DNA of 64,000 nucleotides from Gammaproteobacteria bacterium (GTDB lineage Bacteria; Pseudomonadota; Gammaproteobacteria; JAJRRL01): NCBI GenBank assembly GCA_024279495.1, contig JAJRRL010000003.1, positions 71,661 to 135,660 of the forward strand, read 5' to 3'. Shown piece by piece: positions 58,506 to 64,000 of this stretch (position 1 is its first letter; each line of letters starts with the position of its first letter). The notes under the pieces were generated by a model. It saw only the letters and a program-made list of their open reading frames with translations, ran no database searches and was not told where the DNA came from. The position numbers and the translations under genes were made by a program.

Positions 58506-59629
58506 ATCTCAGCAGCCAAAGCCATTCTTTCTTTGCATCGATCTTGGCTTAATGCAAAGCCTATGAGTTCGTCGTTCTCATTAAAGCAGCGTGCACGCAT
58601 GCCTTGTTCGTTGTCATCAATGTCCCAGCGGCCTTGCGTTTTAGGCGGCACGCAAGCAATCGGGTAGAGTGGTGTTTTGACGGTAATCGGCATGGTAGCA
58701 TAAGCAAGAGGTTTGGCGTCTTCGTGTTGTGTGATGTGTTGAGCAAGCAGTCGAGCTTGTAACAGAAGAGGCGCAATGTAAGCCCGCACTTCGTTGTTAA
58801 ATTCAATGACATCGCCAACGGCATAGACATCAGGAGCTGATGTTTGAAGAGAGGTATCGACTAAAACACCTTTGTTCGTGTTAATGCCTGCTTGTTTTGC
58901 TAAGTGTAGGCGAGGGCGAATACCAATTGCAGCTAAGCATAGGTCAGCGTCAAGCTTATCTCCTTTGTTACATGATAAACTCATGCAATCAGGCTTGGCA
59001 GTTACTTCTGTGACTAAGGTGTTTGAAATAAAGCGAATACCAGCGCCTTCTAGTTTTTTTTGCAAAGCGTCACCCATTTCTTTTGGAATGAGTTGTTGCA
59101 GAGGGTAATCATCAGCACTGATAATGGTCACTTTTTTTCCGCCAGTGCAGCAGTCGTTTGCAAACTCACAACCAATCAAGCCGCTACCAATAATGGCTAA
59201 TTGATTTTTGTTGGCGATGGCTTGGTAAAAGTCATCGTATTGCATGAGATTATTAACACGCCAGAGTTGGTTGGTATCGCCGGCAATGTTTGGCTCGATA
59301 AGTTCAGCGCCGTTGGCAAGAATCAGCTTGCTATAGCGGATGGTATCACTCTCAGTTGTCACCGTATGTGCTTGCGTATCGATTTTTGTAACAGAGCAGT
59401 GTGTGTGAATGGTCGCGTTGAGTTGAGTTCGCATTTTGTTGACGTCAGACACAGCAAGGCATTGAGGGGTTTTGTTTTTATGAAAGACGTTTGAGAGTAA
59501 GGGTTTTGAATAAAAAGCCCCATCGTCTTCGGTTATCATCACTAAAGGGGTGGTTGTATCTATTTGTCGAAAGGCTTTAGCAAAGGTATAGCCCGCTAGC
59601 CCTGTGCCAATGATGATGATCGGTTCCAT
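58484..59629 (-). CDS. Rubredoxin-NAD(+) reductase-like FAD oxidoreductase
   Basis: IIGTGLAG, FYSKPLLS, GSGLIGCEFAND, YAVGD, VKTP. Confidence 0.88.
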   Translation of the reverse strand: MEPIIIIGTGLAGYTFAKAFRQIDTTTPLVMITEDDGAFYSKPLLSNVFHKNKTPQCLAVSDVNKMRTQLNATIHTHCSVTKIDTQAHTVTTESDTIRYSKLILANGAELIEPNIAGDTNQLWRVNNLMQYDDFYQAIANKNQLAIIGSGLIGCEFANDCCTGGKKVTIISADDYPLQQLIPKEMGDALQKKLEGAGIRFISNTLVTEVTAKPDCMSLSCNKGDKLDADLCLAAIGIRPRLHLAKQAGINTNKGVLVDTSLQTSAPDVYAVGDVIEFNNEVRAYIAPLLLQARLLAQHITQHEDAKPLAYATMPITVKTPLYPIACVPPKTQGRWDIDDNEQGMRARCFNENDELIGFALSQDRCKERMALAAEINVRAQY

Positions 59630-59638
59630 GAGTGATTC

Positions 59639-60688
59639 CTATGAGTAGTCGTGAGACTGCACGGCTTCAACTAAAGCGTGCATGTTTTCTATGGGTGTGT
59701 GTTTGTCGATGCCGTGCCCTAAATTTGCGATATAGCCTGGTTTTGAAGCGATTTGATCGAGCATGCGGTGTGCGTGTTCGGATACAATCTCGGGCGTGGT
59801 TAGTATAACAGCGGGGTCTAAGTTACCTTGCAATGCAACATCAGGACCAACTTGAGCACGGACGTCACGCAGATCAATCATCCAGTCTACGCCAATACCT
59901 TGTACGCCAATGTTGGCTAATTTACTGTATGCATGGTGGGCTTGTTTGCTAAAGGCAGTCACAGGAATGTCTGGGTGTTTTTCTTTGAGTGCTTGAGTAA
60001 TTGTCTTTAAATAGGGTAATGAAAAAGCGTCGTAGCATTCAGGAGATAAGACGCCACCCCAAGAATCAAATAACATAATGGCATTCGCACCGGCTTGAAT
60101 TTGCATGCAAAGATAATCGATAGTAACGGCAGTGATTTTACGTAAGAGTTCATGCAAAAGTTTAGGCGCGTCGTAAGCCATTTTTTTGATAGTGAAAAAA
60201 AGTTTAGAACTACCACCTTCAACTTGATAGCAAGCAACAGTCCAGGGACTGCCGGCAAAGCCGATGAGTGGAATATCAGCTGGCATGGCTGCTCGGGTGG
60301 CGCTAATGGCTTTGGCGACGTAACCTAACGTGTCTTCAACATCAGGCGTGATTAATTGTTTGATTCGTTTTTCGGAATTAGCAGGGTCGTCGATGATTGG
60401 GCCTTCGCCTGGAGCAAAGCGTACCTTAGTACCCATGGCGTCGGGGATAGTGAGTATGTCACTAAAAATAATGGCTGCATCTAAAGGGAAGCGTCGAAGA
60501 GGTTGTAAGGTAGCTTCCATGGCTAATTCAGGGGTTCGACAAAAGGTCATAAAATCAGGAGTTTGGCGACGAAGTTCTAAATATTCAGGGAGATAACGGC
60601 CGGCTTGTCGCATCACCCATAAAGGAGGTCGATCAACGGATTGGCAGGCTAAGGCGCGTAAAAAGCGAGAGTCGGAAAGTGTGCTCAT
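59639..60688 (-). CDS. hemE: Uroporphyrinogen decarboxylase
   Basis: WVMRQAGRYLPEY, FSDIL, IGFAGSPWT, QGNLDP, NLGHG. Confidence 0.97.
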   Translation of the reverse strand: MSTLSDSRFLRALACQSVDRPPLWVMRQAGRYLPEYLELRRQTPDFMTFCRTPELAMEATLQPLRRFPLDAAIIFSDILTIPDAMGTKVRFAPGEGPIIDDPANSEKRIKQLITPDVEDTLGYVAKAISATRAAMPADIPLIGFAGSPWTVACYQVEGGSSKLFFTIKKMAYDAPKLLHELLRKITAVTIDYLCMQIQAGANAIMLFDSWGGVLSPECYDAFSLPYLKTITQALKEKHPDIPVTAFSKQAHHAYSKLANIGVQGIGVDWMIDLRDVRAQVGPDVALQGNLDPAVILTTPEIVSEHAHRMLDQIASKPGYIANLGHGIDKHTPIENMHALVEAVQSHDYS

Positions 60689-60750
60689 GGCTAGAATCCT
60701 TGTTTCTGAAAGGCGCTATTGTAGCGGATATTGGGTTTTTTCGGTAGCTG

Positions 60751-60890
60751 TTTTGAAGAGATTTTATCGATTTAGAAAAATCCTTAGCCCGCATTACATG
60801 CGAATAGGATGAAGCCTGGGCCCCCGACGTCACGCTGTTCCTGGGGGTGACAAAAGGTTGAAGGTATTTTATTTTGGCCGAAAATGGGGA
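60751..60890 (-). repeat. Reverse REP-like unit
   Basis: TCCTTAGCCCGCATTACATGCG..CCCCCGACGTCAC..CCTGGGGGTGACA..AAAATGGGGA. Confidence 0.85.
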
Positions 60891-61204
60891 CTTAAAGTAG
60901 TCGTTTGTGTTTTCTAAATGATGGGAGTATGCTGTGATTGATGACGACGACGTCTTGCTGGCCTTTGCCCTCAGGATCTTATCTTTTAGTTGCGAATCAT
61001 ACACTCACATCAGGCTTCGGTATTCATACAGTTAGGTAGACCATTAGCATTGCCATCATCAACTTGCATTCGCAAGAAGGATTAACATAGATAAGTGTGC
61101 CTTACGGCATACGGCATTTTCTTTTTTACTAATCTCTGATTGGTGGGTGTTTTTTTTTATCTTTTTTAGTCATGGAAGACCAAACAATGTGAAGGAGTAT
61201 TGCT

Positions 61205-62734
61205 ATGCCAGTTACAAGTACAAGTACAAGTACAAGTACAAGTACAAGTACAAGTACAAGTTCTTGGGGTGAGTTGCGCTTACAGGACTTGCCTTATCAT
61301 CGTAATAATGAAACAGAAATGTATAAGGAAGCGCAAGCTAAGTCATTGAACTCTCGCCTCTTTGGGAGATTTAAATCTTGGCACTGGTTGGAAGTTCTTG
61401 ATCGCATTTGGCATGTGTATGGTTTGGTTGAGAAGAGCTTGAAACATTCGAGTGATTTACCTGTTGATGCATGGCCGGGGTTCTTGAAGGCTGCGAATTT
61501 GAATGAGAAAACGATTCCTCAAATACAGTCATCGCCATCTGAGGCCACCCAATTTTTATGGAACTCTTTTGTTTTACACACCAAAAAAGCGGATGAAAAT
61601 GGTTCAGCTTGCGCTATCCGAGAAGCCTTCGATGAAGTGGTCGATGACGAGTTGAGAGTGGTGTGTCGAAAAAAAGCCAATTATTTATTTGTTGGTTATG
61701 TTGCTTCTTTTCTATCTCATTTTAAGTTCTCAGAAAAGGGAGATTTAGATCGCCTTACCCAACTTCTAAAAAAGGAAAAAAAGGTGTTGGATAGGTATCA
61801 AGCTAACTTGGAGTCTCTTAAGGGGGAGGGAAAGCTTTATCAATTAGAGGAGGAGCAGAAAAACCCACCTCACTTACCAACGAGACAAAATCTAAAAGCT
61901 CATATGAAGGCATTTATTAACTTTCTTTTTTCTTTGTCGCGTTACCCGCAAGCTCATAAAGATGGAAGCCCAAGTTATTATCACAATTGGTCTCAAGAGG
62001 CGTTACAGACCGTCAGTGGTTTTTCTTTAGTGCTCTCTTTGTTGTCAGGCTCTCATCCTTATGGAGCTCTTTGCATACAGAATTGGTCAACAGAAACGTC
62101 GAACAACTTAAATGATTTGCTTTCTAAAAGTGTGTGTTCAAGTAGCGCAGAAGAAGAAAAGGGAGAAGGAACAAAAGGTGTTGTATCTGATGAACCTGAC
62201 CTCAGCTCATCTGCGCTTGTCCCTTATGTTCCTGGAGGAAATCCTAAGCTTAAAGCTGAACCTAGGCGACCCCAAGAAAATGAAAGGTCTGAGTTATCGT
62301 CAACTGCAACTGCCGAGAACTCAAGAAAAGTGAACTCAGAGCAAGTAACTGACTCGTCCGCTTCTTCATCCGAACTAGTAGACGGTTTACAAGGGGGCCT
62401 TAGTCATATTCCTACAAATGACGAAGTGAAGCTTAAAAAGCAAAAAGAATTCTTTACAAATTGGCGTTCCAAAGAAGAAGCGAGCTTTAAAAAATCGCTG
62501 CCAGGTTTGATTGTAGCTTGTGTTGTTGGTTTTTGTGTTGGCGTTCTACCAGGAGTTTATTTTCTGATTCAGCTGTGTCATAGAAAAGGGCTGCTAAAGC
62601 GGCAGAAGGCATCGTTGGAAAACCCCTGCGGTAAGACATCTGCTTTCAACAACAGCAAGCATTTTTGGCTTTGTCCTTCTGCTAATAGAGCTGAGCAGAT
62701 TTACTTGGCTGCCAATAACGGCGCTAAAAACTGA
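61205..62734 (+). CDS. Orphan protein with N-terminal (TS)8 and a C-terminal hydrophobic segment; candidate effector
   Basis: GAAGGAG RBS; 509 aa; [21 protein letters not shown]; overlaps the uvrA 3' end convergently. Confidence 0.75.
   Translation: MPVTSTSTSTSTSTSTSTSSWGELRLQDLPYHRNNETEMYKEAQAKSLNSRLFGRFKSWHWLEVLDRIWHVYGLVEKSLKHSSDLPVDAWPGFLKAANLNEKTIPQIQSSPSEATQFLWNSFVLHTKKADENGSACAIREAFDEVVDDELRVVCRKKANYLFVGYVASFLSHFKFSEKGDLDRLTQLLKKEKKVLDRYQANLESLKGEGKLYQLEEEQKNPPHLPTRQNLKAHMKAFINFLFSLSRYPQAHKDGSPSYYHNWSQEALQTVSGFSLVLSLLSGSHPYGALCIQNWSTETSNNLNDLLSKSVCSSSAEEEKGEGTKGVVSDEPDLSSSALVPYVPGGNPKLKAEPRRPQENERSELSSTATAENSRKVNSEQVTDSSASSSELVDGLQGGLSHIPTNDEVKLKKQKEFFTNWRSKEEASFKKSLPGLIVACVVGFCVGVLPGVYFLIQLCHRKGLLKRQKASLENPCGKTSAFNNSKHFWLCPSANRAEQIYLAANNGAKN
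61214..61261 (+). repeat. Perfect hexanucleotide microsatellite (ACAAGT)8
   Basis: Counted directly; in frame, encoding Thr-Ser x8. Confidence 0.95.
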
Positions 62735-64000
62735 CCGGTATAAGAGCCTTTTGTTTTAGCGACTGTTTCGGGCGTGCCAGAGACTAAAATATTGCCGCCG
62801 CCCGAGCCACCTTCAGGTCCTAAATCAATCACCCAGTCGGCTGTTTTGATCACATCTAAGTTGTGTTCGATGACAACAACTGTGTTACCTTTGTCGCGTA
62901 ATTTATAGAGAACACCGATGAGTTGTGCGACATCATGGCAATGCAAACCTGTGGTGGGTTCATCAAGAATATACAGCGTTTGCCCGGTATCTCGTTTGGT
63001 GAGTTCACGAGCAAGCTTGATACGCTGTGCTTCACCACCAGATAAAGTGGTGGCACTCTGGCCCAAGCGAATATAACTCAAACCAACATCGGTGAGAGTT
63101 TCACACTTTCGTCGAATGCTAGGGATGGCATCGAAAAAGCTCAAAGCGTCTTCAACTGTCATGGAAAGCACATCGTGAATGGTCTTTCCTTTGTAGGTGA
63201 TTTCTAAGGTTTCGCGGTTATAACGTTTGCCTTGGCATTGATCACAGGTGACGTACACATCTGCTAAAAAGTGCATTTCTACTTTAATTAAGCCGTCGCC
63301 TTGGCAAGCTTCGCAGCGACCGCCTCGAACATTAAAACTAAAGCGACCAATTTTATAGCCTCGAGTGTTAGCCATGTCGGTTCTACTAAACAGTTCACGA
63401 ATAGGCGTGAGCATGCCTGTGTAAGTCGCTGGGTTTGAGCGAGGGGTTCGGCCAATCGGGCTTTGATCGATGTTGATGACTTTGTCGATGTGTTCTAAGC
63501 CAGTGATGTCATCGCAACTACCAACCAAACCCAAATGATGTTGGCGATGCAAGTGAGAGAGCATCAGAGGATAAAGTGTGTGATTGATGAGGCTTGATTT
63601 TCCGGATCCTGAAACGCCAGTGATGCAGGTGAATAAACCAACGGGAATGGAGACATCCACAGCATCGAGGTTGTTACAACTGATACCCTTCAAAGAGAGC
63701 TGAGGTTGGCACACATTTTCAATGCGCTTAGGAATAGGAATACTGAGTTCTCCACTCAAATATTTTCCGGTTAGGCTGTTAGTGTTTTTTTCTACAGATT
63801 TGGGTGACCCGAAAGCAATGATTTGGCCTCCGTGTTCACCTGCTCCTGGCCCGATATCAATGAGGTGATCAGCAGCTCGAATGGTTTCTTCATCGTGTTC
63901 AACAACAATCACTGTGTTGCCTAAATCACGCAAGTGTCTGAGCGTGCTAATGAGTCGTTCGTTATCGCGTTGATGCAAACCAATGGATGGTTCATCAAGA
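62701..64000 (-). CDS. uvrA: Excinuclease ABC subunit A (5' part lies outside the window)
   Basis: [48 protein letters not shown]. Confidence 0.98.
   Translation of the reverse strand, partial: LDEPSIGLHQRDNERLISTLRHLRDLGNTVIVVEHDEETIRAADHLIDIGPGAGEHGGQIIAFGSPKSVEKNTNSLTGKYLSGELSIPIPKRIENVCQPQLSLKGISCNNLDAVDVSIPVGLFTCITGVSGSGKSSLINHTLYPLMLSHLHRQHHLGLVGSCDDITGLEHIDKVINIDQSPIGRTPRSNPATYTGMLTPIRELFSRTDMANTRGYKIGRFSFNVRGGRCEACQGDGLIKVEMHFLADVYVTCDQCQGKRYNRETLEITYKGKTIHDVLSMTVEDALSFFDAIPSIRRKCETLTDVGLSYIRLGQSATTLSGGEAQRIKLARELTKRDTGQTLYILDEPTTGLHCHDVAQLIGVLYKLRDKGNTVVVIEHNLDVIKTADWVIDLGPEGGSGGGNILVSGTPETVAKTKGSYTGQFLAPLLAAK

Overview
Chromosomal window of a Coxiellaceae/Legionellales-like gammaproteobacterium, inferred from gene order, protein features and a PmrA-type box. 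The housekeeping backbone is rpsI-rplM, tailed HU, feoAB, ihfB, DUF2066-hda, serA/serB-like, aroQ-accBC, panG-panB-panC-coaX, dsbD, acnA, groESL, tolA-tolB-pal-cpoB-queE, a Ca/Na antiporter, cls, pssA, tRNA-Ala/Glu, ridA, trhO, a rubredoxin reductase, hemE and a partial uvrA. Two things stand out. (1) About a dozen orphan, effector-like proteins, most with no signal peptide and a C-terminal hydrophobic hairpin. They include a tandem mosaic array of four paralogues (plus a fifth at 55.8 kb) with their own promoters, a Cys motif and V-E-V-type C-termini, a PP2C-like phosphatase, an atypical kinase, a paralogue pair with a repeated unknown domain, and a possible remote LvgA/LPD7-like T4BSS adaptor. 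(2) A dense, modular, nested family of palindromic REP/RPE-like repeats at about 15 intergenic loci. They show compensatory base changes, element-in-element insertions and tandem amplification, and they overlap gene 3' ends. There is also a DnaA-box/IHF cluster that is not at an obvious strand-skew switch. All calls are by eye; no database search was run.
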